This document shows positions 20,587 through 32,558 of a stretch of DNA of 64,000 bases, one piece after another. Position numbers and translations under genes: made by a program. Source of the stretch: an uncultured delta proteobacterium (GTDB lineage Bacteria > Desulfobacterota > Desulfuromonadia > Geobacterales > Pseudopelobacteraceae); the NCBI GenBank assembly GCA_963772835.1, contig CAVYYZ010000002.1, forward strand, positions 288,001 through 352,000, in the 5' to 3' direction. Position 1 is the first letter of the stretch. The number at the start of each line of letters is the position of its first letter. The notes under the pieces were generated by a model, which had not been told where the DNA came from, made no database searches, and saw nothing but the letters and a program-made list of their open reading frames with translations.

Positions 20587-21420
20587 TTACTTGATTACTC
20601 TCAATAACTCCTTAGCCTTTTTTGCTTCCTCACTTTTTGGAAATCCCTCAATCAGTTTTTTCAATACATATCTGGCACTCTTGTTGTCCTTTATTTCATG
20701 AAAAGCCATGGCCTGTTTCAGCATGGCAGCAACCACCTTCTCCCTGCCGGGATAGTTTTTGATGACATCCTGATAGGACAATATCGCTGCTTCATAATTC
20801 TTTTCACTGTAGTGGGTTTCACCGATCCAATAGTGAGCATTGGCAGCCAGATCATGCTTGGGGTTCTGCTCAAGAAATTTGGAGAACTGCTCCCTCGCAG
20901 TTGCAACATCACCGGCCTTAAGAGAATCAAGAGCTTTCAGATAAAGGGAATCGGGGGTAGAAACGGCCTCATCTTTTTTTGCCGCGGTCATGTCGGCCAT
21001 TTGTTTCGAAAGAGCATCAAGAACTGACTGCTGTTTCAGGAGATTTCCCTCCAGAGAGGCAATGCGTTTGTCAGCATCCTCGCGGTAACGGGCCAGATCC
21101 TCGGCAGGTTTTTTAACGGCGAGAGTTGTATCGTCAAGCTTTCCGTTCAGTGACTGCATCTCATTTTTTGTGCTGTCAATTGTGGCCTGAATGTCAGCAG
21201 ACATTTTCCGAACGGCAGCCACATCTTCCTTAAAACCCTTTTCAATGGCACCGACACTGACTTTCGATTCCTCCCTGGCAGTGGCGAGATCCCTGTCAAT
21301 GGAGAAAAGACGGGTTTTTACAGAGTCAACATCATTGCGTACATTATCAAGGGAACTCTGAGTGGCGCATCCGGGCAAACTTATCACCATCACCAACAGC
21401 ACAGCATTAAGATACTTCAT
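20587..21420 (-). CDS. cpoB: Tol-Pal-associated TPR/coiled-coil lipoprotein YbgF/CpoB
   Basis: Lipobox SLPGC, coiled coil, TPR LAANAHYWIGE, AMLKQA, FPKSEEA; ATG at 21420 with RBS GGAG. Confidence 0.85.
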   Translation of the reverse strand: MKYLNAVLLVMVISLPGCATQSSLDNVRNDVDSVKTRLFSIDRDLATAREESKVSVGAIEKGFKEDVAAVRKMSADIQATIDSTKNEMQSLNGKLDDTTLAVKKPAEDLARYREDADKRIASLEGNLLKQQSVLDALSKQMADMTAAKKDEAVSTPDSLYLKALDSLKAGDVATAREQFSKFLEQNPKHDLAANAHYWIGETHYSEKNYEAAILSYQDVIKNYPGREKVVAAMLKQAMAFHEIKDNKSARYVLKKLIEGFPKSEEAKKAKELLRVIK

Positions 21421-21694
21421 AGATACACTCTCCTTTCCATCCATAGACATACCATGCACGTATATCACGTGTAAATTCAGTTGACAAGTAGTCGACCTGC
21501 CCTGTCACACAAATGAGTGCATCTGCAAACATCTTTGACGCAAATTTTTACGTCGATGAAAGATTTTTTATTGACATATATGACCACATCTAATAGAAAA
21601 CTGGGGTTTATAATCCGGTCACTTAAAATACGGCACCATAATTTAATACCTTGCGTTATGCGGGGTCAAATCAGCGAAAGAGGGGAAACAGTCC

Positions 21695-23704
21695 ATGCAA
21701 CTGCAGATGGCAGCACCAATTCTGGGGATAATCGGTTTAGGGATCGCTTTTGTGATCTACAACTACATCAAGTCCCAACCAGCCGGCACCGAGAAGATGA
21801 TCGAGATTGCCGAAGAGATTCAGAAGGGAGCAATGGCCTTCCTGAAGCGCGAGTATCGGGTTCTTGCCATTTTCATTTTTGTTGTATTCTGTTTAATGTT
21901 TTTTACCCCTTCCCTTGGCTGGCGTACCGCTGTTGCCTTCCTGGGAGGCGCCCTCTGTTCGATTATGGCCGGTTATTTCGGCATGCAGGCCGCCACTAAA
22001 GCCAATGTCAGAACCTCTGAAGCTGCACGTAGTAAGGGGATAGCGGCTGCGCTGATGGTTTCCTACAGCGGCGGTTCGGTTATGGGACTGGCCGTAGCAA
22101 GTCTTGGCCTTATTGGAGTCGGCATCTGCTTCATTATCTGGGGTGATCCTCAGACTACCGTCTATATCAACGGCTTTGCAATGGGAGCGTCTTCTATCGC
22201 CCTCTTTGCCCGCGTCGGTGGCGGCATTTTCACCAAGGCTGCTGATGTCGGTTCCGACCTGGTAGGCAAACTCGAGGCCGGCATTCCTGAGGATGATCCC
22301 CGTAACCCGGGCGTTATCGCTGATAACGTCGGCGACAACGTCGGCGACATCGCCGGGATGGGCGCAGATATTTTTGAATCGTATGTCGGCTCGATTATCG
22401 CCACCATCGCTATCGCCGCAACGGCAAGTGCCAGTACCCTGGCAACACTTGGCGGCACCCAGTCCAACCTGATGTTCCTGCCGATCCTGTTGGCGGTAGT
22501 CGGACTGCTTGCTTCACTCGTCGGAATAGCATCAATGAACGTACTGAAAAATGGTGATCCGGCAGCTGCACTCCGTAATTCCACCTTTATCGGTGCCGGC
22601 CTGTTTCTGATCGGCGCCTGGTTCGCAGTGTCAGCCTTCGGAATCAGTACCGGGGTTTTCTGGTCCGTGCTGCTTGGTACCGTGGCCGGTATCATCATCG
22701 GCCTGATAACGGAATACTATACCTCATCCACTCCTGTCATGCGTGTCGCTGAAGCGTCCCGTACCGGCGCAGCGACCAACATCATTAATGGTCTTGCCAT
22801 CGGCATGGAGAGCGTTGTCGCCCCGGTAATCATGATCTGTCTCGCCATATATGTTTCCAACCTGAATGCCGGTCTGTACGGCATTGCCCTTGCTGCGGTC
22901 GGCATGCTGGCTACCGTCGGCGTAACCATGACCGTTGATGCCTACGGCCCGATCGCCGATAACGCCGGCGGCATCTCCGAGATGGCAGGTCTTGGAAAAG
23001 AAGTGCGTAAAATCACCGACAGCCTTGACGCTCTCGGCAACACGACCGCCGCCATGGGCAAAGGGTTTGCCATCGGCTCTGCCGCACTGACCGCACTGGC
23101 ACTCTACGCAGCGTATGCCGCCAGCGCCGACATATCCTCCATTGATATTACGAAGCCGAAGGTCGTCATCGGCCTGTTTATCGGCGGTTTTGTACCGTTT
23201 CTGATCGCCGCCATGACCATGACTTCAGTCGGCAAGGCAGCCGGCAAGATGGTTGACGAGATTCGCCGCCAGTTCCGGGAGATTCCCGGCCTGCTGGAAG
23301 GGAGGCCGGGTGTCAAGCCGGATTCTCAGACCTGCGTGGATATTTCAACAAAGGCCTCACTTCAGGAGATGATCGCTCCGGCTGTCATAGCAATCCTTGT
23401 ACCACCAATCATCGGCTTTAGCCTCGGGAAAGAAGCGCTGGGAGGCACGCTGGCCGGCGCAACCGTGACAGGCGTCCTGATGGCACTCTTTATGGCCAAT
23501 GCGGGCGGCGTGTGGGATAACGCCAAGAAATTGATTGAAAAAGGTGAGCTGGCCGGGGAGGCGAAGGGTGGCGATGCCCACAAGGCAGCGGTCGTAGGAG
23601 ACACTATCGGCGATCCGTTCAAGGACACCTCCGGTCCTGCAATGAATATTCTCATCAAGCTGATGAGCATTGTTTCTCTCATTATCGCTCCACTCTTACG
23701 ATAA
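21695..23704 (+). CDS. hppA: membrane-bound cation-translocating pyrophosphatase, K+-dependent, probably Na+-pumping
   Basis: [51 protein letters not shown]. Confidence 0.95.
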   Translation: MQLQMAAPILGIIGLGIAFVIYNYIKSQPAGTEKMIEIAEEIQKGAMAFLKREYRVLAIFIFVVFCLMFFTPSLGWRTAVAFLGGALCSIMAGYFGMQAATKANVRTSEAARSKGIAAALMVSYSGGSVMGLAVASLGLIGVGICFIIWGDPQTTVYINGFAMGASSIALFARVGGGIFTKAADVGSDLVGKLEAGIPEDDPRNPGVIADNVGDNVGDIAGMGADIFESYVGSIIATIAIAATASASTLATLGGTQSNLMFLPILLAVVGLLASLVGIASMNVLKNGDPAAALRNSTFIGAGLFLIGAWFAVSAFGISTGVFWSVLLGTVAGIIIGLITEYYTSSTPVMRVAEASRTGAATNIINGLAIGMESVVAPVIMICLAIYVSNLNAGLYGIALAAVGMLATVGVTMTVDAYGPIADNAGGISEMAGLGKEVRKITDSLDALGNTTAAMGKGFAIGSAALTALALYAAYAASADISSIDITKPKVVIGLFIGGFVPFLIAAMTMTSVGKAAGKMVDEIRRQFREIPGLLEGRPGVKPDSQTCVDISTKASLQEMIAPAVIAILVPPIIGFSLGKEALGGTLAGATVTGVLMALFMANAGGVWDNAKKLIEKGELAGEAKGGDAHKAAVVGDTIGDPFKDTSGPAMNILIKLMSIVSLIIAPLLR

Positions 23705-23733
23705 CTTCTGTTTCTGCGTTAAATGCACGTTCG

Positions 23734-23771
23734 GGCGGTGCGGGGATTTACCCCGTACCGCCTTTTTCTTT
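23734..23771 (+). terminator. Rho-independent terminator after hppA
   Basis: GGCGGTGCGGGG-ATTTA-CCCCGTACCGCC-TTTTTCTTT. Confidence 0.8.
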
Positions 23772-23850
23772 GCTTTCAGCGTCAAAAGGGATATAGTTCG
23801 TCTATTTTACATCTAAACCCGTATCGTCCACCTGAAAGGTTATCAATTAC

Positions 23851-26109
23851 ATGAGCACACCCATAAGCAAAAAGATGCTGATTAATGTTATGCACCCCGA
23901 GGAAACACGTGTGGCAATTGTTCACGACGGTCGTCTGATGGAGTTAAACATTGAAATCAGCGGCAAAGAACAGATCAAGGGGAATATTTACAAAGGGATT
24001 GTATTGCGGGTTGAACCTGGATTACAGGCCGCATTTGTCGATATTGGCCGTGCCAAACCCGGATTTCTCCAGATTGGTGAGCTGCATCCCGATTACTGGG
24101 AATGGCGCGAAGATCTCCCTGAGGAGCAACGCAAACGCCACCCACGCATCCAGGAGGTTCTCCATCGTGGTCAGGAGCTGCTGGTGCAGGTCGAAAAGGA
24201 TGAACGGGATAATAAAGGTTCAGCCCTGACGACCTATGTCTCCCTGCCGGGCCGCTATATGGTGATGATGCCGGGTAGCGACTCCACCGGTATCTCCCGA
24301 AAGGTTGAGCAGGAAGGTGCCCGCAAAAAACTGAAAGAGATTGTAGCCGGGATGGATATACCTGAGGGAACCGGCTATATCATGCGTACCGAAGCGGTAG
24401 GACGCTCCGCTGAAGAGTTGCAGAAGGATTTCACAAATCTGACCGAACTCTATCAGTCAATCAAACAGGGGGCTTCCGAAATAAAAGGGGCGGGTGAGAT
24501 TTATCGCGACAGCGGCCTGATCATTCGTACAATACGGGACTATTTTTCGGATGATATCGATGAGGTCCTGGTCGACAGCAAGGATGCCTACCGGGAGGCC
24601 AAGGAGTTTTTTCGCGACACCATGCCGTCCTGCGAAAAGAGGGTTAAGCTGCACAAGGAAAAACGGCCGATTTTTTCCCGCTTTCAGCTTGAGGAGCAGA
24701 TCGACCAGATCTATGAAAAACGGGTACCACTCCCTTCCGGAGGGTCACTGATCATCGAGCCGACGGAAGCGCTGGTCTCGATTGATGTCAATTCGGGAAA
24801 ATCAAGCGGAGAGCGTGGCATCGAAGATACGGCATACAAGGCCAACATGGAGGCGGCTGAAGAGGTCGCCCGTCAACTGCGGTTGCGTGACCTGGGTGGC
24901 TTGATTGTTATTGACTTCATCGACATGCGAGAAAACAAGCATAACAGTGAGGTTGAGAGAACACTGAAAAATGCTCTCAAAATGGATAAGGCCCGGGTCA
25001 ACGTCGGACGCATTTCACAATTCGGGATTATGGAGATGTCACGCCAACGGATAGCCAAGACACTGAATGACGCTATCCATCTTGAATGCCCGCATTGTGA
25101 AGGTCGCGGCAAAGTCAAATCTGTTGAAGCCATGGCGGTTTCTTTCCTGCGCAAGGTCCATGCCGCCGCCGCCAAAGGAACCGTTGCAGAAGTACGCGGC
25201 GGACTGCCGCTGGAGGTTGCGTATTACCTCCTCAACAGAAAAAAGCGTGAACTGACCCAGATTGAGAATGATTATGAGATCGAAGTAACCGTCAAAGGCA
25301 AAACGTCTTTCCTGCTCAATCAGTTGGAACTTGAAACTGTAAAGCGCGAAAAGCCGCATCTTGAGGATGTACTCAAAAGTGAAGCCGAGGCGGAAGAAGC
25401 CCACAAACCTGACGCTGCAAACGCTCACGTATCGCTTTCTCCTGCAGATGAGGAGCACAAGGCCGAAGCAGGCGCTCCTGCCGAGGGTGGCAAAAAACGG
25501 AAGCGGCGTAAAAAGAAGAAGAAAACAACCGGTGACGTTCACCAGGAAGCGGCGGAAACCGGCCAGCGTGAACCGGAGATGGAACAGGACAGTACTGCTC
25601 CGGCGGGAGATGCTCCTGAAATAGATGACAACTCCGTGATGGAAGCAGGGGAAGCAGGTGACGGGGCAGCAGACCAGGCAGTGAAACCAAAAAAGCGAAA
25701 GCGCAGACGTAGTCGCAGCAAAGCACATAAAGATCATGATCTGTCTCTGGAGGCGGCACCTGGAGCGCCTGCGTCTGATCCTGATTCGGCGGAGGTCTCT
25801 GATGCTGTTGTGACACAAACAGTTGAAGTCCCGTCAGAAATCAAGAAGAAACCTTCCCGGGCACCGCGCAAGAAGAGCCCTAAACCAGTTGTTGAAGAAC
25901 CTGAATCATTTGTGCCTGTTGCCGAAACAGCCGCCATTATCGCGCCGCTTCCGGCGCAGAAGAAACCGCGACGGGCTGCAACGAAAAAGGGTCCTGAAAT
26001 CGATGCGCCCGCCTCTGAAGCGCACCAGGATGCACTTTCAGAAAAACCGAAGCCGGCCAAACGGAAAACCGCTCCAAAAAGGCCCAAAGAAAAACCTGAG
26101 AATCCGTAA
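23851..26109 (+). CDS. rne: ribonuclease E (Rne/Rng family) with disordered C-terminal tail
   Basis: GNIYKG, AAFVD, IDVNSG, LRDLGGLIVIDFIDM, Zn-link CPHC; long charged low-complexity tail. Confidence 0.92.
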   Translation: MSTPISKKMLINVMHPEETRVAIVHDGRLMELNIEISGKEQIKGNIYKGIVLRVEPGLQAAFVDIGRAKPGFLQIGELHPDYWEWREDLPEEQRKRHPRIQEVLHRGQELLVQVEKDERDNKGSALTTYVSLPGRYMVMMPGSDSTGISRKVEQEGARKKLKEIVAGMDIPEGTGYIMRTEAVGRSAEELQKDFTNLTELYQSIKQGASEIKGAGEIYRDSGLIIRTIRDYFSDDIDEVLVDSKDAYREAKEFFRDTMPSCEKRVKLHKEKRPIFSRFQLEEQIDQIYEKRVPLPSGGSLIIEPTEALVSIDVNSGKSSGERGIEDTAYKANMEAAEEVARQLRLRDLGGLIVIDFIDMRENKHNSEVERTLKNALKMDKARVNVGRISQFGIMEMSRQRIAKTLNDAIHLECPHCEGRGKVKSVEAMAVSFLRKVHAAAAKGTVAEVRGGLPLEVAYYLLNRKKRELTQIENDYEIEVTVKGKTSFLLNQLELETVKREKPHLEDVLKSEAEAEEAHKPDAANAHVSLSPADEEHKAEAGAPAEGGKKRKRRKKKKKTTGDVHQEAAETGQREPEMEQDSTAPAGDAPEIDDNSVMEAGEAGDGAADQAVKPKKRKRRRSRSKAHKDHDLSLEAAPGAPASDPDSAEVSDAVVTQTVEVPSEIKKKPSRAPRKKSPKPVVEEPESFVPVAETAAIIAPLPAQKKPRRAATKKGPEIDAPASEAHQDALSEKPKPAKRKTAPKRPKEKPENP

Positions 26110-26272
26110 ATCGACACCACCGCCGACCTTGGAAATAGTCCTTTTTTCTTGACCTGGGCGGTGGTTGACGATATTTATAAACGCTTGTTTTCGAACTCCG
26201 AAGACAGTTTTCATGCGTTATCAAACTAATTTTCTAAAACTTATTTTTGACGTGAAAGGTTGAACCTCAATC

Positions 26273-27751
26273 ATGGAAGAACTCAGCGAACTCCTGCTCC
26301 AAAGGCGCCGCAAAGTTGATGCGCTCTGGGAAGCGGGTATAAACCCCTACCCCAATGACTTCAAACCGAAGCATACTTCAGCCGACATTATCGCCATGTA
26401 CGGCACCGTTGAACAGATCGAAGCAACGGATACCAGTTTGAGTGTCGCCGGACGCATTCTGGCACGCAGATCTTTTGGAAAAGCGGCTTTTATACAGCTT
26501 CAGGACAGAAAAGGGCGCATTCAACTGTATGTCAAAAAAGAAGAGATCGGTGAAGAGGCGTTTGCCGTTTTTGATTCATTCGACATCGGTGATATCGTTG
26601 GCGCTGTAGGACATCCGTTTCGCACCAAAACCGGCGAACTCTCACTGCACATCCGCTCCATACGATTACTGGTTAAATCGCTCCTGCCGCTTCCGGAAAA
26701 ATTCCACGGATTGACCGATGTTGAAACCCGCTACCGTCAGCGCTATGTTGACCTGATTGTGAATCCGGAAGCCCGTGAAATATTTATCAAACGCTCGCGG
26801 ATCGTAAACCTGATCCGCAGCTTCATGTCGAGCCGCGATTTTCTCGAAGTTGAGACCCCTATGATGCACCAGATTCCGGGCGGGGCTACTGCACGGCCGT
26901 TTATCACCCATCACAACACTCTTGACATGGAACTGTACCTCCGTGTGGCTCCGGAGTTGTACCTGAAACGGCTTGTTGTCGGGGGACTTGAGAGAGTATT
27001 CGAGATAAACCGCAACTTCCGCAACGAAGGCATTTCTGTACGTCACAACCCGGAATTTACCATGATGGAATTCTATCAGGCGTATGCAACATACGAAGAC
27101 TTGATGGATTTCACTGAAGAACTGTTCTGTCACATCGCCCAGGAGATCCTCGGCACTCTGGAGATCACCAATCAGGGCCTTGCCATCAGCTTTCAGCGCC
27201 CCTGGAAACGACTGACTGTCCGTGATGCCATACTGGAATATGGTGACATAGAAGCGCGACAACTGGACGATCGTGATCTTGCTCTGTCGTACGCCCGCAG
27301 TATCGGGCTGCCATTGCCGGATGGCATCACCTATGGAAAACTCCTTATGGAGATTTTTGAAGAGGTGGCCGAACACAAACTGATTCAACCGACCTTTATC
27401 ACCGCATACCCCACCGAGGTTTCACCGTTATCGCGCAAGAACGACCACAATCCCGAAATTGTCGATCGTTTTGAATTGATTATCGGCGGGCGTGAAATTG
27501 CCAACGCCTTCTCGGAATTAAATGATCCGGTGGACCAGAAAGAACGTTTTCTGGCTCAGGTTGCCGAAAAAGACAAGGGAGATGAAGAAGCGCACTATAT
27601 GGATGAAGATTATGTCCGCGCTCTGGAGTATGGGCTTCCGCCTACGGCAGGAGAGGGTATCGGTATTGATCGTCTGGTAATGCTTCTGACCGACTCACCT
27701 TCGATACGGGATGTCATCCTGTTCCCGCAACTTCGCAAGGAAGTCAAATAG
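26273..27751 (+). CDS. lysS: lysyl-tRNA synthetase (class II)
   Basis: [35 protein letters not shown]. Confidence 0.98.
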   Translation: MEELSELLLQRRRKVDALWEAGINPYPNDFKPKHTSADIIAMYGTVEQIEATDTSLSVAGRILARRSFGKAAFIQLQDRKGRIQLYVKKEEIGEEAFAVFDSFDIGDIVGAVGHPFRTKTGELSLHIRSIRLLVKSLLPLPEKFHGLTDVETRYRQRYVDLIVNPEAREIFIKRSRIVNLIRSFMSSRDFLEVETPMMHQIPGGATARPFITHHNTLDMELYLRVAPELYLKRLVVGGLERVFEINRNFRNEGISVRHNPEFTMMEFYQAYATYEDLMDFTEELFCHIAQEILGTLEITNQGLAISFQRPWKRLTVRDAILEYGDIEARQLDDRDLALSYARSIGLPLPDGITYGKLLMEIFEEVAEHKLIQPTFITAYPTEVSPLSRKNDHNPEIVDRFELIIGGREIANAFSELNDPVDQKERFLAQVAEKDKGDEEAHYMDEDYVRALEYGLPPTAGEGIGIDRLVMLLTDSPSIRDVILFPQLRKEVK

Positions 27752-27754
27752 ACG

Positions 27755-29017
27755 ATGCCATTTGAACTCTTTATCGGACTGCGATATCTGAAAGCCAAAC
27801 GCAAATCGACCTTCATTTCGATCATCACCTTTATCTCTACCGCCGGAGTTGCACTCGGCGTCATGGCTTTGATAGTGGTTCTGGCAGTAATGACCGGCTT
27901 TGAAAATGACCTTAAGGATAAGATTCTCGGTACAAACGCTCATATAGTAGTCATCAGAAGCGGTGCGCCGATGGAAAACTATCAATCGGTGATTGAAAAG
28001 CTGAAAGGCTTTAAGGGAGTCCAGGCCGCGACTCCTTTTATCTACAACCAGGTCATGCTCTCTTCCGGCAAGAATGTATCCGGCGTGGTTCTGCGTGGGA
28101 TTGATGTCGCTACTGACCGTCTGGTTACACGCCTCAGCAAGTCGGTTGTCGAAGGAAATATTGACGGGCTCGATCCAAAAATGGGACAGGGGACTGACAC
28201 AACACCCGGCTTGATGGTTGGAAAAGAACTGGCCAAGCATCTCAACCTGTTCCTGGGAGACAAGGTAAACGTCATTTCGCCGATGGGCAATATTACGCCG
28301 CTCGGCATGATGCCGCGCATGAAACCGTTCAGGATTACCGGTATATTCAACACCGGCATGTTTGAATACGACTCGACTCTGGCATACGTAAGCATAGATC
28401 AGGCCCAGCGTTTTTTTGATCTCGGGGATACTGTCACCGGAATACAGCTCAAGGTCGACGATGTATATCACACCGATGAACTGGCCAGGAGTATCAATCA
28501 GGAAATGGGGATGAACTTCTACGCGCGGGACTGGATGCAGATGAACAAAAACATACTGTTTGCACTGAAGACTGAAAAAATTGTCATGTTTGTAATCCTG
28601 ACCCTGATTGTGCTTGTGGCGGCCTTTGGAATAGCCTCAACACTCTTTATGGTTGTCATGGAAAAAACCCGGGATATCGCTATTCTTAAATCAATGGGCG
28701 CCACTGCCGCCAGTATCATGAAAATTTTTGTACTCGAGGGATTGATTATCGGGGTTATCGGCACACTCGTTGGTGTCGCATCGGGACTGCTGGTCGCCCT
28801 CAATCTGGAACCGATCATCAACGTAATCCAGAAGATAACCGGGCAGAATTTCTTCCGCAAGGACATTTACTATCTTGATCACTTCCCCTCGCTGGTTGTG
28901 CCGTCTGATGTTGTGCTTATTTCCGTCACCGCCGTATTGATCTCATTTCTTGCAACGCTTTATCCGGCCTGGCAGGCTTCCCGGATGCTGCCGGCCGAGG
29001 CACTTCGCTATGAGTAA
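27755..29017 (+). CDS. lolE: lipoprotein-releasing ABC transporter permease LolC/E
   Basis: [37 protein letters not shown]. Confidence 0.9.
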   Translation: MPFELFIGLRYLKAKRKSTFISIITFISTAGVALGVMALIVVLAVMTGFENDLKDKILGTNAHIVVIRSGAPMENYQSVIEKLKGFKGVQAATPFIYNQVMLSSGKNVSGVVLRGIDVATDRLVTRLSKSVVEGNIDGLDPKMGQGTDTTPGLMVGKELAKHLNLFLGDKVNVISPMGNITPLGMMPRMKPFRITGIFNTGMFEYDSTLAYVSIDQAQRFFDLGDTVTGIQLKVDDVYHTDELARSINQEMGMNFYARDWMQMNKNILFALKTEKIVMFVILTLIVLVAAFGIASTLFMVVMEKTRDIAILKSMGATAASIMKIFVLEGLIIGVIGTLVGVASGLLVALNLEPIINVIQKITGQNFFRKDIYYLDHFPSLVVPSDVVLISVTAVLISFLATLYPAWQASRMLPAEALRYE

Positions 29018-29726
29018 CCTGCTTGAGGTGCGAGGTCTCAGTAAATCGTACTCCACCGGTGCGAATACGCTTGAGGTGCTCAGCGGAATTGATCTTGACC
29101 TGGAGATAGGCACCACGACAGCACTCGTCGGCGCCTCCGGCGCCGGGAAAAGCACACTGATGCATCTCCTGGGGGCGCTTGACCGCCCGACTTCCGGAAC
29201 AGTCTGTTTTCGCGGGGAAAATATTTTCAAAAAAAATGAGCGCCATCTGGCGGCCTTCAGGAATCGAAGCATCGGCTTTGTTTTTCAATTTCACCATCTG
29301 CTGCCGGAATTCACTGCGCTTGAAAACGTCATGATGCCGGCATTAATCGCCAGAATCCCTCGCAGCAAGGCCATCTCCATTGCGGAGGGACTGTTGGCTG
29401 ATGTGGGCCTTGCGCAGCGCATGACACATCGACCGGGGGAATTATCCGGCGGTGAGCAGCAGCGGGTTGCCATCGCCCGCGCGCTAGTTCTTGAGCCTGA
29501 ACTGCTGCTTGCCGATGAACCGACCGGTAACCTTGACATGAAAACAAGTGACAGTATTCATGCCATGCTTGCAGAACTGCAGGAGAAAAAGGGATTAACT
29601 CTGGTGATAGTGACACACAATGAACGATTGGCAGCGGCAATGGGAACAACCATTCATCTGGTAGACGGCAGACTGGACAAAACTACAAGTTATTCGGGGG
29701 AAGCGTGCCCAGTTTTAAAACAATAA
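29010..29726 (+). CDS. lolD: lipoprotein-releasing ABC transporter ATPase
   Basis: [42 protein letters not shown] at 29010. Confidence 0.93.
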   Translation: MSNLLEVRGLSKSYSTGANTLEVLSGIDLDLEIGTTTALVGASGAGKSTLMHLLGALDRPTSGTVCFRGENIFKKNERHLAAFRNRSIGFVFQFHHLLPEFTALENVMMPALIARIPRSKAISIAEGLLADVGLAQRMTHRPGELSGGEQQRVAIARALVLEPELLLADEPTGNLDMKTSDSIHAMLAELQEKKGLTLVIVTHNERLAAAMGTTIHLVDGRLDKTTSYSGEACPVLKQ

Positions 29727-31993
29727 TATCATCCGTACTGTTTACATCGATGTTCTGCACAGCACTCGCCCATGCAGAAGGAGAGAAGCTGGTTGAAATC
29801 AGAATCGACGGGAACCGTCGCATTGAATCCGCGGCAATTCTGAACGTAATCAAGATGCACGCCGGCGATATCCTCTACAACGACAAAACTGATGCGGATA
29901 TCAGAGCTATCTACAAGCTGGGGCATTTTCAGGATGTTCAGGCCCTGAAGGAAGAATCGGACAAAGGGGTTATACTGGTCTACTCCGTTCAGGAAAAGTC
30001 TATCGTTCGGGAGATTACGTTTGAGGGCAACAAGGAAATTACAACAGAGAAGCTGAAGGAGGCGCTCGAGTTCCGGCAGAATTCGGTTTTTTCATCTAAA
30101 GATCTTGCCAAGAGCGCTGCCAAAATTAAAAAAATGTATGGCGACGAGGGATATTATCTCGCAGACATCCAGACTCAGACGAAGAAAAGTTCTTCAAGTG
30201 ACGTGTCGGTTATTATTAAGGTTGTTGAAGGGGCAAAGATCCTTATAAAAGAGATCCACTTTGACGGCAACAAGGCATTCAGCGACAGCAAACTGAAGGG
30301 TGTAATGGAGACCAAAGAGAAATGGTTCATGTCCTGGCTGACAGGAGCGGGTGCGTATAAGGAAGAGGTACTTAAAAATGATGCGCTGCTGCTTGCCGAC
30401 CATTACCTCAACAACGGATATATCAATATCAAGGTTGGTGAGCCTACCGTAAAGCTGAACGATGCAAAAACCTCATTGGATGTCTACATCGGCATTACCG
30501 AAGGTGAACAATACCGGATCGGTGAAATCGGATTTAAGGGAGAACTGCTGGAACCGGCGGCCACTCTTCGCAGTAAACTGAAAAGTGAGCCTGGAGAAAT
30601 ATTCAACCGTTCCATTCTGCGCACCGATATCGGCGTTCTGACCGATGTGTACGGTGACAAGGGGTATGCCTTCGCTACGATTAATCCACAGACCCACCTG
30701 GACAACGACAAAAAGATCGTTGATATGTCTTTTGACATTGAAAAGGGTGAACTGGTGTCAATCGAGCGGATAAATGTTTCCGGCAATCCTAAAACCCGCG
30801 ACAAGGTTATCCGGCGAGAAATGCGCGTAACAGAAAGCGAACTGTACAGTGCTTCCGGTTTAAAGCGCAGCAAGCAGAACCTGATGAATCTGGGCTTCTT
30901 TGAAGAGGCGAATATTGCAACCGCGAAAGGGAGCGCCAGTAACAAACTTAATGTGAATGTCGAAGTCAAAGAAAAACCGACCGGAACGTTCAGTATTGGT
31001 GGCGGCTACAGTTCTCTTGATGGCTTCATCGCCCAGGGCTCCGTTCAGCAGTCAAACCTGTTCGGTTTAGGATTGAAAGCGAACCTGTCTGCTTCCGTCG
31101 GCAAAAAGTCTCAGACATACTCTCTTGGGTTAACCGACCCACATTTCATGGATACGAAATGGTCACTGGGAGGAGACATCTACCGTTCAGAGCGTGAATA
31201 TACAGATTATACAAAGCGTCTCGTCGGTGCCGACATCAAAGGCGGTTATCCGATTAGCGACACCCTCGGCACATTCCTGATGTACAAGTATGAAATAAAG
31301 GATATTTTCAAGCCAAGTGTTGCATACACGGCGCTTAACAAGACAGATTCCGGTAACTACCCGATCGGCACGACAACCACCAGTGCCGTAACGAGCAGCA
31401 TCACCCACAATAATACCGATTACCGGCTTGACCCGTCGATCGGCATGATCAACTCGTTGTCGGCGGAGTACGCCGGTCTGGGTGGTGACAATAGATATGC
31501 CCGTTTCATTACAGAGCACACCTACTTTCACCCGCTCTACAAGAAATTAGTCGCATCAACTAAATTGTCTTTAGGGTATATTATGGAAGTCGGCCAGCAG
31601 ATCCCGATTGATGAAAAGTTCTATCTGGGCGGTATCTACTCGCTGCGCGGTTACAAGACCAGGACCGTGTCACCGACTAAACCCACCATACCGACTAATG
31701 TTGACACCGTAGTCTACCTCGGTGGTAACACGGAGATCTACGGAAATGTTGAATTGACGCTGCCGCTGCTTGCTGAAGTCGGGATCAAAGGGGTCGTGTT
31801 TTTCGACTACGGCAACTCTTTTAACGACAGGACAACCGTAATCGATACCATGCTGATGAGCTATGGCTGGGGGATTCGCTGGGCTTCACCCATCGGACCG
31901 CTTCGTCTCGAATACGGCATACCGATCAATCCACGGCCTGTAATCGACAGCACAAAAGGACGACTTGAATTCTCTATCGGCACAATGTTTTAG
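29705..31993 (+). CDS. bamA: outer membrane protein assembly factor BamA
   Basis: POTRA repeats, [34 protein letters not shown]-terminal Phe. Confidence 0.95.
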   Translation: MPSFKTIISSVLFTSMFCTALAHAEGEKLVEIRIDGNRRIESAAILNVIKMHAGDILYNDKTDADIRAIYKLGHFQDVQALKEESDKGVILVYSVQEKSIVREITFEGNKEITTEKLKEALEFRQNSVFSSKDLAKSAAKIKKMYGDEGYYLADIQTQTKKSSSSDVSVIIKVVEGAKILIKEIHFDGNKAFSDSKLKGVMETKEKWFMSWLTGAGAYKEEVLKNDALLLADHYLNNGYINIKVGEPTVKLNDAKTSLDVYIGITEGEQYRIGEIGFKGELLEPAATLRSKLKSEPGEIFNRSILRTDIGVLTDVYGDKGYAFATINPQTHLDNDKKIVDMSFDIEKGELVSIERINVSGNPKTRDKVIRREMRVTESELYSASGLKRSKQNLMNLGFFEEANIATAKGSASNKLNVNVEVKEKPTGTFSIGGGYSSLDGFIAQGSVQQSNLFGLGLKANLSASVGKKSQTYSLGLTDPHFMDTKWSLGGDIYRSEREYTDYTKRLVGADIKGGYPISDTLGTFLMYKYEIKDIFKPSVAYTALNKTDSGNYPIGTTTTSAVTSSITHNNTDYRLDPSIGMINSLSAEYAGLGGDNRYARFITEHTYFHPLYKKLVASTKLSLGYIMEVGQQIPIDEKFYLGGIYSLRGYKTRTVSPTKPTIPTNVDTVVYLGGNTEIYGNVELTLPLLAEVGIKGVVFFDYGNSFNDRTTVIDTMLMSYGWGIRWASPIGPLRLEYGIPINPRPVIDSTKGRLEFSIGTMF

Positions 31994-32039
31994 ATCAGGG
32001 GCGTGATCGCCCACACAATTAATTAAAGGAGACGTATTC

Positions 32040-32555
32040 ATGAAACACATCATTCTGGCAGGTATCGTAGCGGTATGCGTTATGTCAACTTCTGTTTTTG
32101 CCGCAGAGCAGAAATTTGGATATATTGATATGCAGCGTGCCTTGAACGGTTCCGAGGCAGGAAAAGAAGCCAAGGAACAGCTGGCAGCTAAAGTCAAAAA
32201 GTATCAGGACGAGATCAATGTAAAACAGGATGAACTGAAAAAATTGAAAGAGGAGCTGGAAAAACAGGGCATACTGCTCTCCGACTCCGCCCGTTCCTCC
32301 AAAGAGAAGGATTATCAGAACAAGTTAAAGGACTTCCAACGATTCACCAAGGATGCACAGGACGAGCTGCAGGGAAAAGACGAAGAACTGACCCGCAGGA
32401 TTCTTGAAGGGATGGAGAAGATCATTCAGGAGTACGGACGACAGAATGGATATACATTCATTTTTGTGAAAAACGAGAGCATGCTGTTCGTCGATGAGAA
32501 AGCTGATCTGACCGGAGAAGTCCTGAAATTATTTAATATGAACAGGAAGAAATAA
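32040..32555 (+). CDS. skp: periplasmic chaperone Skp/OmpH
   Basis: Signal peptide, KFGYIDMQ, coiled coil, DLT; position between bamA and lpxD. Confidence 0.92.
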   Translation: MKHIILAGIVAVCVMSTSVFAAEQKFGYIDMQRALNGSEAGKEAKEQLAAKVKKYQDEINVKQDELKKLKEELEKQGILLSDSARSSKEKDYQNKLKDFQRFTKDAQDELQGKDEELTRRILEGMEKIIQEYGRQNGYTFIFVKNESMLFVDEKADLTGEVLKLFNMNRKK

Positions 32556-32558
32556 ATC

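Noticed and set aside
26111..26170. CCACCGCC...GGCGGTGG inverted repeat between rne and lysS
   Set aside because: Loop too large and no U tail; no T-box or riboswitch features.
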